Shown: positions 49,408 to 59,409, counted from the first letter of the stretch. The stretch: DNA of 64,000 nucleotides from Candidatus Fermentibacterota bacterium (GCA_030592645.1 JAUVIR010000004.1:1036-65035); one strand, 5' to 3'. Program-made: numbers and translations. Notes: generated by a model from the sequence alone, not told the origin.

Positions 49408-51480
49408 ATGAAACACCATTCAGTAGCGACTCTAATCAAGCCATTTGAAGAAACAAAACATGGCCGCAAGCTTGTGGATAACTACAGGTGGCTGGAAACT
49501 GCCGGTGAAGAGCGCACTGCATGGATAGATCAGCAAAACAAGCTTGTTGACAGTTTTGTTCTGGATGACCCTAATCGTAAAGAGTTCTTAAAACGTTTTG
49601 ATGAGCTGTTCAACCGCGATAGAACAAGTTTTCCCAAAGCAACTCTTTCTCGGTTAATATATTTGAAGATAAGACATGGAGAAAAACATCCTTCACTCTA
49701 TATGCGTTCATGGCCCGATGGTGAAGAGCAGATTCTTATTGATATCGATAAATTCAGTGAACAGGGCAATGTCAGTTTTGGCAGTTGGAGTCCCACCCGT
49801 GATGGTAAGCTTTTTGCGTACGGCATGTCAAAAGATGGCAGTGACTGGTTGCACTGGTATGTACTGGATATTGAGAGTGGTGACATTCTGGATGAGATTC
49901 CAAGTCTTGTTTACACCTGGCCAAACTGGCTGCCTGATAATAGTGGGTTCATATACTCCCGTTCAACCGATCCTGAGAATCTTTCAAAGAATGGTTTATC
50001 TGTTTTTATGCACAAGCTGGGGACTGACTGGCGCACAGATAAAATGATTCTTGGGGATGGACTCTCCGAAACGGATATTCCGAATGCAATGGCGATTTCT
50101 CGTGATGGTCATCATCTTATAATCGAAGTGGAGCACGGGCTCACTTTGAATGAACTGTTTTATACAGATCTTTCCGCTGATGAGCTTACTGCACAATCCA
50201 TCACCGGAGATCATGTTGGCCTGTTCTATGCAGATATTTACAAGGGTGTACTCTTTGTAAGAACGAGTAATGAGGCATCGAATTACAGAGTGTGCAGGGT
50301 CGACCTGGATGGGTCAGTACCACTTTATGGCAAGTGGGAGACGATAGTACCTGAGGGTGACGATGTGTTGCTGGAATTTAATGTAATTGGTGACAGGATA
50401 TTTATAAAGCGGTCTATTGATGTTGTTACACATACATTTATCCATTCCCTGGATGGCCTTGAGATTGGAGAGCTTAAGTATCCTGGTGTAGGTGTTGGTT
50501 CTCTGCCCTATGGAGAGGAAGAGGTAGACGCTGTTTTTGTGTCCTACTGTTCTTTTTTTCAACCGAATGAGACATATAAATATGATATCAAGCGAAATGA
50601 ATTAAGCAAATTCACCGAGAGCAGTTTGAAAATAGATACCGACAAGTACCTGACTGAACAGGTGTTCTTCCGAAGCTTCGATGGCACTTCTGTACCAATG
50701 TTTGTCATCCGTGGTCGTGATGTTGAACTGGATGGTTCTAATCCTGTGATTCTTACAGGATATGGAGGTTTCAGTTATTCCAGAACACCGTACTTTTCAG
50801 CAGCAATTGTGTTCTGGCTGGAACAGGGAGGGATATATGCCATTGCAAATATTCGCGGCGGTGGTGAGTATGGCGAGAACTGGCACCGTGACGGTATGCT
50901 GGGTAACAAGCAAAATGTGTTTGATGATTTCATAGCAGCAGGAGAAGCACTGGTTGGTGAGCGACCGCTACGACTTGCAGGTGAGGATGATTTCTCTGTT
51001 CGGAAATATTCCAGTCGCAAATATCTTGGTATATCAGGCGGCAGTAATGGAGGTCTTCTTACTGGAGCTGTACTGGTGCAGCGTCCTGACCTTTGGGCTG
51101 CGGTTATCTCTGATGTTCCACTGCTTGATATGCTGCGTTTCCATCTAACCCAGGGCGGTAAATTCTGGATGTCCGAGTATGGTAATCCTGATAATCCAGA
51201 AGACTTTGAATGGCTCCTCTCATATTCGCCTTATCACAATGTGAAGGATGGTTCACATTATCCGTCAACACTCCTGAAAACATCACTGCACGATGACAGG
51301 GGAACAGACTCATTGCATGCGTTCAAGATGGCAGCAAAGCTTCAAGCCGCTAATTCTTCTGACAACCCGATTCTCCTTCGAACAATGACAAATGTTGGCC
51401 ATGGTGCAGGCCGAACCACGCAAATGACTATTGACGAGCAGACAGAGATATTTCTTTTCATGGTAAAGCATCTGATGTAA
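49408..51480 (+). CDS. prolyl oligopeptidase (S9A family)
   Basis: N-terminal beta-propeller region; C-terminal alpha/beta hydrolase with nucleophile 'GGSNGGLL'; Asp and His in the C-terminal region; 690 aa. Confidence 0.85.
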   Translation: MKHHSVATLIKPFEETKHGRKLVDNYRWLETAGEERTAWIDQQNKLVDSFVLDDPNRKEFLKRFDELFNRDRTSFPKATLSRLIYLKIRHGEKHPSLYMRSWPDGEEQILIDIDKFSEQGNVSFGSWSPTRDGKLFAYGMSKDGSDWLHWYVLDIESGDILDEIPSLVYTWPNWLPDNSGFIYSRSTDPENLSKNGLSVFMHKLGTDWRTDKMILGDGLSETDIPNAMAISRDGHHLIIEVEHGLTLNELFYTDLSADELTAQSITGDHVGLFYADIYKGVLFVRTSNEASNYRVCRVDLDGSVPLYGKWETIVPEGDDVLLEFNVIGDRIFIKRSIDVVTHTFIHSLDGLEIGELKYPGVGVGSLPYGEEEVDAVFVSYCSFFQPNETYKYDIKRNELSKFTESSLKIDTDKYLTEQVFFRSFDGTSVPMFVIRGRDVELDGSNPVILTGYGGFSYSRTPYFSAAIVFWLEQGGIYAIANIRGGGEYGENWHRDGMLGNKQNVFDDFIAAGEALVGERPLRLAGEDDFSVRKYSSRKYLGISGGSNGGLLTGAVLVQRPDLWAAVISDVPLLDMLRFHLTQGGKFWMSEYGNPDNPEDFEWLLSYSPYHNVKDGSHYPSTLLKTSLHDDRGTDSLHAFKMAAKLQAANSSDNPILLRTMTNVGHGAGRTTQMTIDEQTEIFLFMVKHLM

Positions 51481-51522
51481 GTATACCCATCACCGGCATA
51501 CCAGCAGTATTGGGGTCGCTCT

Positions 51523-51603
51523 AGTTGGGGTCGTATCTTGAATTTTGGCATTCGTTAATCCCTCAACAAATCAAATGCCAAAATTCAAGATACGACCCCA
51601 ACT
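51523..51603. repeat. perfect 30-bp inverted repeat (stem) with 21-nt loop between convergent genes
   Basis: AGTTGGGGTCGTATCTTGAATTTTGGCATT ... AATGCCAAAATTCAAGATACGACCCCAACT, read directly; abuts the rseP stop codon. Confidence 0.85.
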
Positions 51604-51604
51604 A

Positions 51605-52840
51605 TTATCGAACTCTGGTTATCACTCTGGAAATATCCTTGAAGACGATCAGCAGGAAGATAAGCAATATGATGATCATTCCGGTCTGCTGGATTATCTG
51701 AACATTCTTCTTTGAAATGGGTTTTCCTCTGATTCCCTCTATGACAAGGATGACAACGTGTCCCCCGTCAAGGACCGGAATCGGAAGAAGATTGAATATC
51801 ATTATCGCCATGGATATGCTTGCGATAGTATAGAGGTAACTGGGTAATCCTGACCGGGCCTGCTGTCCAAGGGTTTCGGCCACATAAATGGGACCTCCCG
51901 AACTCTCGGCCAGCTCAGCAGGTTTTTGAAACAGTCTGAAAAGTGTGGTACATACGTATACGGTACCCTCGCCCGCCGATCTAACACCCTCAACAACAGC
52001 TCTAAAGATCGGGAGTCTGACCCTCTCCGTAGGCACCAGAGGAGTAACGCCTGTCATAATATTGCCGTCGTATACGCCAGGGGTTACATAAGCTGTGTCA
52101 ATGATGCCGTTTCGTGCGAACTCAATTGCCAGTTCTTCAGTATCACCTGTCACTATTGACTGGAAATCATGCCATATGAATACAGGTTTACCATCAACAG
52201 CAATTATCCGGTCCCCTGCTCTTATACCGGATTCGTAAGCGGGAAAGCCTATCATGGCTTCCCCTATAACTACAGGTACCATGGCATAGAAAGGAATAGT
52301 TTCCACCGACAGGGAATAACTCATCTCAAGCTCTCCAGCAGCTGTTCCTACGGTCATTGTTCCAGTAGTAGACGAATACATCATGCCCAGCATCTCATAG
52401 TAGTCGGCAATAGGATAACCGTTCACCGAGAGGACAGTATCCCCTGCACAAAGGCCGAGGGAGTTGTCAGAATTGCCTACAACAGCAGGAGTAATATCTA
52501 CATCCCACCCGACAATACCGTATACGGTTATAAGTATCAGCGCGGTGAGCACAAGGTTAGCGAATGGACCTGCAAGAGCTACAAGAATCCGCCGGAACCA
52601 CGAGACATCCGAAACAGCTTCGCCAGTGGTACCGAGATTAACCTTGCAGTATCCGCCCAGGGGTACCACTCCTACGCAGTATTCCGTTTTACCGATTTTT
52701 CTTTTAAAAATATGTGGCGGAAAGCCAATGGAGAATCGTGGAACATCAAGTCCGAGTGCCTTGGACATGAGAAGATGTCCCATCTCGTGAAAAAGCACTA
52801 TCACACCGAGCCCGAAGATTATAGCTAGAATACTCAGCAT
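51605..52840 (-). CDS. rseP: RIP zinc metalloprotease RseP (site-2 protease)
   Basis: 'HEMGHLLMSK' HExxH in TM1, PDZ region, C-terminal LDG motif 'VLDGGHVV'. Confidence 0.8.
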   Translation of the reverse strand: MLSILAIIFGLGVIVLFHEMGHLLMSKALGLDVPRFSIGFPPHIFKRKIGKTEYCVGVVPLGGYCKVNLGTTGEAVSDVSWFRRILVALAGPFANLVLTALILITVYGIVGWDVDITPAVVGNSDNSLGLCAGDTVLSVNGYPIADYYEMLGMMYSSTTGTMTVGTAAGELEMSYSLSVETIPFYAMVPVVIGEAMIGFPAYESGIRAGDRIIAVDGKPVFIWHDFQSIVTGDTEELAIEFARNGIIDTAYVTPGVYDGNIMTGVTPLVPTERVRLPIFRAVVEGVRSAGEGTVYVCTTLFRLFQKPAELAESSGGPIYVAETLGQQARSGLPSYLYTIASISMAIMIFNLLPIPVLDGGHVVILVIEGIRGKPISKKNVQIIQQTGMIIILLIFLLIVFKDISRVITRVR

Positions 52841-53940
52841 AGTCTTCTCACAATCTTTTCAGCATCAATACGTGATATCCTGTCAGCTTCCATAACGGTC
52901 TGGAAATCACTGACCTCCAGAGCTTCATGCCCGCTCAGCACTTCCTCGATGACCGCCGCTATATTTCCAAAACTGATCCTCCGGGCAAGAAATGCCGCAA
53001 CAGCTATTTCATCTGCAGCGTTCGCTGCCGCAGGAAAGGTTTTTCCATCCTGTCCGGCCCGTACGATTAAATCGAAAGCGGGATACCTCTGCCTCGGAAG
53101 CTCGCTGAACTCGAGTGTTCCCCAGTCAACGGGGGAATCATCGGATATCAGTTCAAGCTCGCGGCCCGGATACGCAAGGGCGTACTGCAATGGCACTTTC
53201 ATATCAGGCTTACCCAGAAGTGCTTTCCATGAACCATCCTCAAGCCTTACAAAAGAATGAACTATGCTTGAGGGGTGCAGGACCACATCGATATTAATAC
53301 CGCTGAACAGCCATCGGGCTTCTATGACCTCGAAGGCTTTATTCACCATGGTCGCCGAATCAACCGTTATTCTTGCTCCCATATTCCAGGTTGGGTGATT
53401 CAGAATATCATCGACATCCGCATTTTCAAGTTCTTCAATAGGGAGATCCCGTACAGACCCTCCGCTCGCCGTCAACGTAATGCTCCTTACCGGTCGCGGT
53501 TCGGAATGCAGGCATCTGAATATCGTACTATGCTCGCTGTCAACGGGAATGATGCCTCCGGAGAGGATATGATCGCTGAGTAATTCGCCGCCTACAACAA
53601 GGCTTTCCTTGTTGGCCAGGGCCAGCTTAATCCCCCTCTCCCTGCATATAAGACTGGCTCGCAGGCCGGCGCTTCCGACAATGGCATTGAGGACCATATC
53701 AGCCCCGTCAATAGTTTTCTGAAGAATATCCTGACCGGTTATCACACCGCCTGGACATTCCCCGCCCGGCTGCACAATGGCGGTTACAAATGGGGAGAAC
53801 TGTTCCCTCTGCTGCATAAGAAGATCGAGGTTGCTTCCGCAAAGTAATGAATGAAGCTCAAGTTCCGGATTCGCATGTATGATCTGTAGAGCCTGGGTCC
53901 CTATCGAACCGGTACTTCCCAGGACTGCAATCTTTCTCAT
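52834..53940 (-). CDS. dxr: 1-deoxy-D-xylulose 5-phosphate reductoisomerase
   Basis: 'KIAVLGSTGSIGTQAL' NADPH motif; the start is taken at the internal Met, whose ATG overlaps the cdsA stop. Confidence 0.9.
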   Translation of the reverse strand: MRKIAVLGSTGSIGTQALQIIHANPELELHSLLCGSNLDLLMQQREQFSPFVTAIVQPGGECPGGVITGQDILQKTIDGADMVLNAIVGSAGLRASLICRERGIKLALANKESLVVGGELLSDHILSGGIIPVDSEHSTIFRCLHSEPRPVRSITLTASGGSVRDLPIEELENADVDDILNHPTWNMGARITVDSATMVNKAFEVIEARWLFSGINIDVVLHPSSIVHSFVRLEDGSWKALLGKPDMKVPLQYALAYPGRELELISDDSPVDWGTLEFSELPRQRYPAFDLIVRAGQDGKTFPAAANAADEIAVAAFLARRISFGNIAAVIEEVLSGHEALEVSDFQTVMEADRISRIDAEKIVRRLC

Positions 53941-54758
53941 AATGCCACAATCCGACGGAAGAGAAACAGAAGAACCCACACAACCGGAACAACGGCGAGA
54001 ATACTGTCGAACCTGTCAAGAAACCCGCCGTGCCCCCGAAGAAATGCGCCGGAATCCTTAACTCCTGCATCTCTCTTCATCGCGGATTCCAGGAGGTCTC
54101 CAGTGACGGCGGCTATGCCTCCAGCCGCCCCGATCACTACCATGACAATCAGTGGAAATCCAGCACCGAGGGTACCTGCCAGGAGAGCTCCGCCGACCGC
54201 GCCTGCTACACCGGCGAAAAAACCCTCCCAGGATTTGGCCGGACTGATAGAGGGCGCCATTTTGTGCCGTCCGAAGGCACTTCCCGCAAAATAAGCCAGT
54301 GAGTCCCCAAGCCAGCAGATCAGCAGAGGTATGAATATGACCCAGGGTGATTGAAAATCCAGTCTCAACCTTGCCAGGAGGCCGAAGCCCAGTGCAAGCG
54401 CAACGGATATGCCTGTGATTCCGGCAGTTTTCCTTCGTGCATTGTTTACCCCGTCACCAAGTATCCATACCGTTGAAATGAGTGCTCCGGGGAGCAGGAT
54501 CAGAACTATTGAAACAGCGGGCTCCAGTAGAGCAACCGCAGCAGATGAGCCTGCCACCATTACAGCAAGCAGGGCTTTCATTCTGATACCGGAGCAGGGT
54601 CTGAACAGAGTGACCGCTTCTGCAGCGCAGAATGCGGCAATGAGCGCGAAAAATCCAGTTGTCAGATAACGTATATCAAGAAACGCTACGGCTGCGAACA
54701 ATCCTATACCGGGAACTGCCACCGCCACTCTGACTGCAAGGGAATTGAATGATTTCAT
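53937..54758 (-). CDS. cdsA: phosphatidate cytidylyltransferase
   Basis: Polytopic membrane protein with C-terminal 'GHGGFLDRFDS' signature. Confidence 0.8.
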   Translation of the reverse strand: MKSFNSLAVRVAVAVPGIGLFAAVAFLDIRYLTTGFFALIAAFCAAEAVTLFRPCSGIRMKALLAVMVAGSSAAVALLEPAVSIVLILLPGALISTVWILGDGVNNARRKTAGITGISVALALGFGLLARLRLDFQSPWVIFIPLLICWLGDSLAYFAGSAFGRHKMAPSISPAKSWEGFFAGVAGAVGGALLAGTLGAGFPLIVMVVIGAAGGIAAVTGDLLESAMKRDAGVKDSGAFLRGHGGFLDRFDSILAVVPVVWVLLFLFRRIVAL

Positions 54759-55474
54759 CGGTCGGAACCTAGATCGCCGAACCGTCTTCGTCTCGACCTG
54801 TAATCCTCGAAAGCCTCTTCAAGATGTACTCTTCTGAAATCAGGCCAGAGAACATCTGTGAAGTAGAGCTCCGAATAGGCGGATTCCCACAGCAGGAAAT
54901 TTGACAGCCTCTGTTCACCGCTGGTCCGTATGATGATGTCCGGGTCGGGTACGTCCGGAAGATACATACAGGAAGCAATAGTATCTTCAGTGATGTCGGA
55001 GGCTTGCATCCGTCCCGCTTTGATATCCTGAGCGATCTTTCTCATTGCGTCAGTTATCTCCGCTCTTCCTCCATAGCTCAGGGCAAGAATCAGGTTCAGA
55101 CCTTCGTTTGAACCGGTTCGTATCATCGCACTCCGCAGCTCTTTCAATGGCCCGCGAGGCAGATCATCAAGTCTTCCGGTAGCTCTTATTCTAACCCGGT
55201 TTCTGTCAAGGTTATCAATATTACGCTTAATGAAGCTTTTCAGGAGCGTCATTATGAAAAGAACCTCGGCTTTCGGCCTCTTCCAGTTCTCTGTTGAGAA
55301 TGCATACAGCGTCAGGTATTCAACACCTGTTTCGCCGCAGTACTGCACAGCATCGTGAATAGCTTTCTCTGCAGCTTTATGCCCATCTATCCGTTTCAGA
55401 CCGTGAGACCTTGCCCAGCGTCCGTTCCCATCCATGATGATAGCAACATGGGTTAGACAGTTATCAACATCCAA
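54755..55474 (-). CDS. uppS: undecaprenyl-diphosphate synthase (isoprenyl transferase)
   Basis: 'HVAIIMDGNGRWA' and 'LTLYAFSTENWKRP' motifs. Confidence 0.9.
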   Translation of the reverse strand: MDVDNCLTHVAIIMDGNGRWARSHGLKRIDGHKAAEKAIHDAVQYCGETGVEYLTLYAFSTENWKRPKAEVLFIMTLLKSFIKRNIDNLDRNRVRIRATGRLDDLPRGPLKELRSAMIRTGSNEGLNLILALSYGGRAEITDAMRKIAQDIKAGRMQASDITEDTIASCMYLPDVPDPDIIIRTSGEQRLSNFLLWESAYSELYFTDVLWPDFRRVHLEEAFEDYRSRRRRFGDLGSDR

Positions 55475-55479
55475 GACTG

Positions 55480-56037
55480 TCAGACCTCAAGTATTTCGGC
55501 TTCTTTTGATTCGAGAAATTTGTCGATTTCAGCGATCGCCTCATTTGCGGCATCCTGGATATCGCTGAGTGTCCTGTACTCCTCATCCTCAGTGATATCA
55601 CTGGCTTTGCTGGCTTTGTGCAGTTCGTCGTTGCCGCTTCTTCTGATGTTCCTTATGGCGGTTCTTCCCGATTCAGCAAGCTTCTTGACGTGCCGGCTGA
55701 GTTCCTTTCTGCGATCATCGGAGAGCTTAGGAACGGGAATTCTTACTACCGGTCCGTCTGCAGAAGCCCTGAGGCCAAGATCTGATTTCTGTATTGCGCG
55801 AACAATCGCATCTGATGTCGAGGGATCGAAAGGCTGTATTACGATAAGCCGCGGCTCCGGTGCAGCTATCCCGGCAACCTGTTTTATGGGATGCAGCCCC
55901 CCCCAGCACTCGACACGGATATTGTCCAGAAGAGCTGGACTTGCCTTACCGGTCCTGATTACAGCCATCTCTCTTGCGGTATTCTCAACCGCTTTTTTCA
56001 TTCTACTCTTCTGATCGTTCAGTATCTGATCAATCAT
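55480..56037 (-). CDS. frr: ribosome recycling factor
   Basis: 185 aa; 'IRTGKASPALLD' and C-terminal 'SEDE' motifs typical of Frr. Confidence 0.9.
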   Translation of the reverse strand: MIDQILNDQKSRMKKAVENTAREMAVIRTGKASPALLDNIRVECWGGLHPIKQVAGIAAPEPRLIVIQPFDPSTSDAIVRAIQKSDLGLRASADGPVVRIPVPKLSDDRRKELSRHVKKLAESGRTAIRNIRRSGNDELHKASKASDITEDEEYRTLSDIQDAANEAIAEIDKFLESKEAEILEV

Positions 56038-56761
56038 TGTTCATTCCCCCTATCTGGCTTCCGATCGAAGGCTCTTTGAATACCCTGAGGATATTCTCTG
56101 GATCCCATATATCAAAAACACTAATAGGAAGCCCTGCATCTCGACAAATGGCAATTGCAGCGGCATCCATCACCTTCAGATCAAGCCTGAGCACCTCATC
56201 ATAAGTTAGTGTTTTAAATCGCTGCGCTTCAGGGTTTTGAGCTGGGTCTGAATCGTAAACTCCATCAACCTTCGTACCCTTGAGCAATCTTGTGCATCTC
56301 GTCTGCACTGCTCTGAGTGCAGCCGCGGTGTCTGTAGTGAGACACGGGTTACCTGTTCCGCCCGCATATATGACTACGTCTCCACGGCTGAGGTATTTCT
56401 CGGCTTTTTCAGGAGAAAAGGTTTCGAAGATGCCTTCAACAGGTATGGATGAAAGCACAACAGCAGAGCCTCCGCGCTTCCTTATCGCATCTCTGAATGC
56501 CAGACCGTTTATAAGTGTTGCCAGCATTCCCATCTGGTCTCCGGTGATCCGATCAATCGAGCTGAGATCCCTTCCCCGGATGAAATTTCCTCCACCTGTA
56601 ACTATTCCGACGCTGCAGCCTGAGGCAGCAAGCTCAAGAACGGCTCGGGCAAGTTCGCTCGTGATATCAGGATCTATTCCATGACCGGCTTCACCTGCCA
56701 GAACCTCTCCGCTTAGTTTGAGAAGTACCCGCTGGGGCAACGACCGGTCATCCTCTTTCAT
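56030..56761 (-). CDS. pyrH: uridylate kinase
   Basis: 'RVLLKLSGE' N-terminus and amino-acid-kinase fold motifs. Confidence 0.9.
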   Translation of the reverse strand: MKEDDRSLPQRVLLKLSGEVLAGEAGHGIDPDITSELARAVLELAASGCSVGIVTGGGNFIRGRDLSSIDRITGDQMGMLATLINGLAFRDAIRKRGGSAVVLSSIPVEGIFETFSPEKAEKYLSRGDVVIYAGGTGNPCLTTDTAAALRAVQTRCTRLLKGTKVDGVYDSDPAQNPEAQRFKTLTYDEVLRLDLKVMDAAAIAICRDAGLPISVFDIWDPENILRVFKEPSIGSQIGGMNND

Positions 56762-57357
56762 CAGTTACCTATCGAAAACCTTGCGAATCGGCGGATTACA
56801 ATGTTCTCCCGAAGCTTTCCGATAAGATCGGTAAGCGCATCCTTAACGGTTCCGACATCCGGATCGTCAGACCATTCCTGGTCAAGCAAACATGTGTCCG
56901 AATAGAACTTCTCCAAACGGCCGTTTATTATCTTCTCAACAATTTCAGCCGGTTTGCCCGAATCTTCAAGCTGGGCAAGGAGTACATTTCTCTCTGCTTC
57001 GATATCATCCTTCGGCAGATCATCCCGGGATACGACAATTGGAGGATAAGCTGCGATATGCATTGCTACTTTCTTTGCGAAATCCTGAAAATCCTCTGTC
57101 TTGGCCACGAAATCCGTTTCGCAGTTCACCTCGACAAGAATCCCAAGCTTTCCCGGAGGATGGATATATGATACTACAAGGCCCTCATCCGCATCTCTTG
57201 AGGCTTTCTTGGATGCAACTTTTATGCCTTTCTCGCGAAGGATCGTAATAGCTTTCTCCATATCGCCGCTGCTCTCATCAAGTGCTTTCTTGCAGTCAAG
57301 CATCCCTGCTCCGGTGGCTTTTCTGAGCAGTTTCAGATCATCAACATTGATAGCCAT
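56761..57357 (-). CDS. tsf: elongation factor Ts (short form)
   Basis: 'LRKATGAGMLDCKKAL' UBA-like N-terminus; 198 aa. Confidence 0.85.
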   Translation of the reverse strand: MAINVDDLKLLRKATGAGMLDCKKALDESSGDMEKAITILREKGIKVASKKASRDADEGLVVSYIHPPGKLGILVEVNCETDFVAKTEDFQDFAKKVAMHIAAYPPIVVSRDDLPKDDIEAERNVLLAQLEDSGKPAEIVEKIINGRLEKFYSDTCLLDQEWSDDPDVGTVKDALTDLIGKLRENIVIRRFARFSIGN

Positions 57358-58445
57358 TATTCACTCGATTCCTTTCCCTCTTCGGTATTATCCACTTCTT
57401 CTGCAGGATTGTCCGAAACGGTATCCTTGTCTGCAGCTTTCTTTGTTGTTTTCTTAGCAGCAGTTTTCTTCTTAGGGGCAGCCTTCTTCTCAGGGGCAGC
57501 TTTCTTCTCAGGAGCAGCCTTCTTCTCAGGGGCAGCTTTCTTCTCAGGGGCAGCCTTCTTCTCAGGGGCAACCTTCTTCTCAGGGGCAGCTTTCTTCTCA
57601 GGAGCAGCTTTCTTCTCTGGAGCAACTTTCGCTACCGGTTTATCTGGAACCGGTTCTTTCTCGATCTTTTCGGAAGCCTTCGAGGCGGCTTCCTTCGGTT
57701 TCTCCTCGGTCGATTTTTTGGACATCTCCTGCAGGGCTGCAGCATCCGCAGCTTCCGAAGTGGAGCCTTCAGCACCAAGAAGCGCGTAATCCGCCAGAGT
57801 TCCTACTATCATGGATATGGATTTAATCGCATCATCGTTGCCGGGGATGGGATAATCCACCTCTGTCGGATCGCAGTTTGTATCCACTATACCTATGCAT
57901 GGTATTTTCAGATTTCTTGCTTCCCTGACAGCTATCTGTTCCTTCTTGATATCAACAACAATAATTGCTCCGGGAAGATTTTTCATGTGACGAATACCTG
58001 TGAGATCTTTCTCAAGCTTCTCTCTGTGTCTCTTCTTCCTCAGGATTTCTTTTTTTGTGAGGCTTGCGGGGTATCCATCCTTCTCTGCCTGCTCAAGTTC
58101 GATCAGAGTCTGGATACCTTTTGAGATCGTTCTGAAGTTAGTAAGCATTCCGCCCATCCAGCGCTCGGTAACGTAATACTGACCGCACCTGATAGCATGC
58201 TCTTTGAGGCACTCTCTTCCCTGCTTTTTGGTGGCCACAAACAGAACGCTTTTTCCTGAGGCAACTGTTTTCGAAACCAGATTTGCTGCATCTTCAAGCA
58301 ATGCTCGTGACTTTTTGAGATCAATGATATGTATACCATTACGAGCCATGAAGATATAACTCTTCATTTTGGGGTTCCATCGGCTCTTCTGGTGACCGAA
58401 ATGTATTCCGGCCTCAAGCATTTCCTTCATGGAAGGTATCTTCAT
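57357..58445 (-). CDS. rpsB: 30S ribosomal protein S2 with ~130-aa C-terminal Lys/Ala/Pro/Glu repeat extension
   Basis: 'MLEAGIHFGHQKSRWNPKM' N-terminus and a conserved S2 core to about residue 230, then '(KAAPEK)n'. Confidence 0.9.
   Translation of the reverse strand: MKIPSMKEMLEAGIHFGHQKSRWNPKMKSYIFMARNGIHIIDLKKSRALLEDAANLVSKTVASGKSVLFVATKKQGRECLKEHAIRCGQYYVTERWMGGMLTNFRTISKGIQTLIELEQAEKDGYPASLTKKEILRKKRHREKLEKDLTGIRHMKNLPGAIIVVDIKKEQIAVREARNLKIPCIGIVDTNCDPTEVDYPIPGNDDAIKSISMIVGTLADYALLGAEGSTSEAADAAALQEMSKKSTEEKPKEAASKASEKIEKEPVPDKPVAKVAPEKKAAPEKKAAPEKKVAPEKKAAPEKKAAPEKKAAPEKKAAPEKKAAPKKKTAAKKTTKKAADKDTVSDNPAEEVDNTEEGKESSE
57460..57630 (-). repeat. 18-bp tandem repeat (~9 units) inside rpsB 3' region encoding (A-P-E-K-K-A)n
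   Basis: Direct reading of 'gcagccttcttctcaggggcagctttcttctcagga...'. Confidence 0.8.
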
Positions 58446-58576
58446 GGATTGTTCCTTTCGGTTATCCTCCGGCCGGCTTGATCAAACCCATTTCCATTTT
58501 CAGATGGAAACACCGGGGCTTATCACCACCAACCGTGTGTATTGAACGCACAATGTACAGAAAGTGCGCAGTTATT

Positions 58577-58963
58577 CTATCTCTTGGAGAACTGGAATCT
58601 TTTTCTTGCCTTGGGCTGACCGTACTTCTTACGCTCAACGATCCTGGGATCGCGACTGAGCATACCCTCAGCTTTCAGGGCAGGCCTGAAATCGGGATTA
58701 ATACCCACAAGGGCTCTTGCTATTCCAAGTCTTATGGCTCCTGCCTGTCCGGTTATTCCTCCACCGCGAACGTTAACCTTAACATCATAATCCTTTAACA
58801 CTCCAGCAGTCTCCAGAGGTTCAAAGGCATGCTCCAACTGCCATAGATCACAGAAATATTCCTTCGGATCTCTATGATTGATCTGGATCTGACCATTTCC
58901 AGCTTTCAGATAACATCTTGCTGTAGCTCTCTTTCGTCTGCCAACACCTATATGCTGTTTCAT
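58577..58963 (-). CDS. rpsI: 30S ribosomal protein S9
   Basis: 'GGGITGQAGAIRLGIARAL' and C-terminal '...KRFQFSKR'. Confidence 0.9.
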   Translation of the reverse strand: MKQHIGVGRRKRATARCYLKAGNGQIQINHRDPKEYFCDLWQLEHAFEPLETAGVLKDYDVKVNVRGGGITGQAGAIRLGIARALVGINPDFRPALKAEGMLSRDPRIVERKKYGQPKARKRFQFSKR

Positions 58964-58980
58964 CTCACCACCCTTGATCG

Positions 58981-59409
58981 CTAGACTTCCAGAACCTGTG
59001 GGTTCTGTGCCGCATGCGTATGTTCGTTTCCAGCAAATATTTTTAACTTCTTCAACTGTTTTCTAGCTATTCTGTTCTTAGGCATCATTCCCCGAACAGC
59101 CTTTCTCAGAATCCTGTCAGGATGCTTTTCCAGCATTACCTTCATACTTGTAGTCTTTCTTCCACCTGGATATCCAGTATGGCGTCCATACTCCTTCTGA
59201 TCGAGCTTTCTGCCAGTGAAATTCAATTTTTCAACGTTTATCACCACAACAAAATCCCCGGTATCGATATGAGGTGTGTATACCGGCTTGTTTTTGCCCT
59301 GAAGAATCATGGCTATCTTGGAAGCCAATCTTCCGGGAGAATAACCGGTAGCATCTATCTGCCACCATTTCTTCTCTATCTCTCCGGTTTTGGCCGTATA
59401 TGTCTTCAC
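58981..59409 (-). CDS. rplM: 50S ribosomal protein L13
   Basis: 'KKWWQIDATG' and 'GDFVVVINVEK' motifs. Confidence 0.9.
   Translation of the reverse strand: MKTYTAKTGEIEKKWWQIDATGYSPGRLASKIAMILQGKNKPVYTPHIDTGDFVVVINVEKLNFTGRKLDQKEYGRHTGYPGGRKTTSMKVMLEKHPDRILRKAVRGMMPKNRIARKQLKKLKIFAGNEHTHAAQNPQVLEV

Noticed and set aside
57409-57789. 126-aa + strand ORF rich in 'GAAFFSGAAFFS'
   Set aside because: It is the antisense reading of the rpsB (KAAPEK)n repeat.
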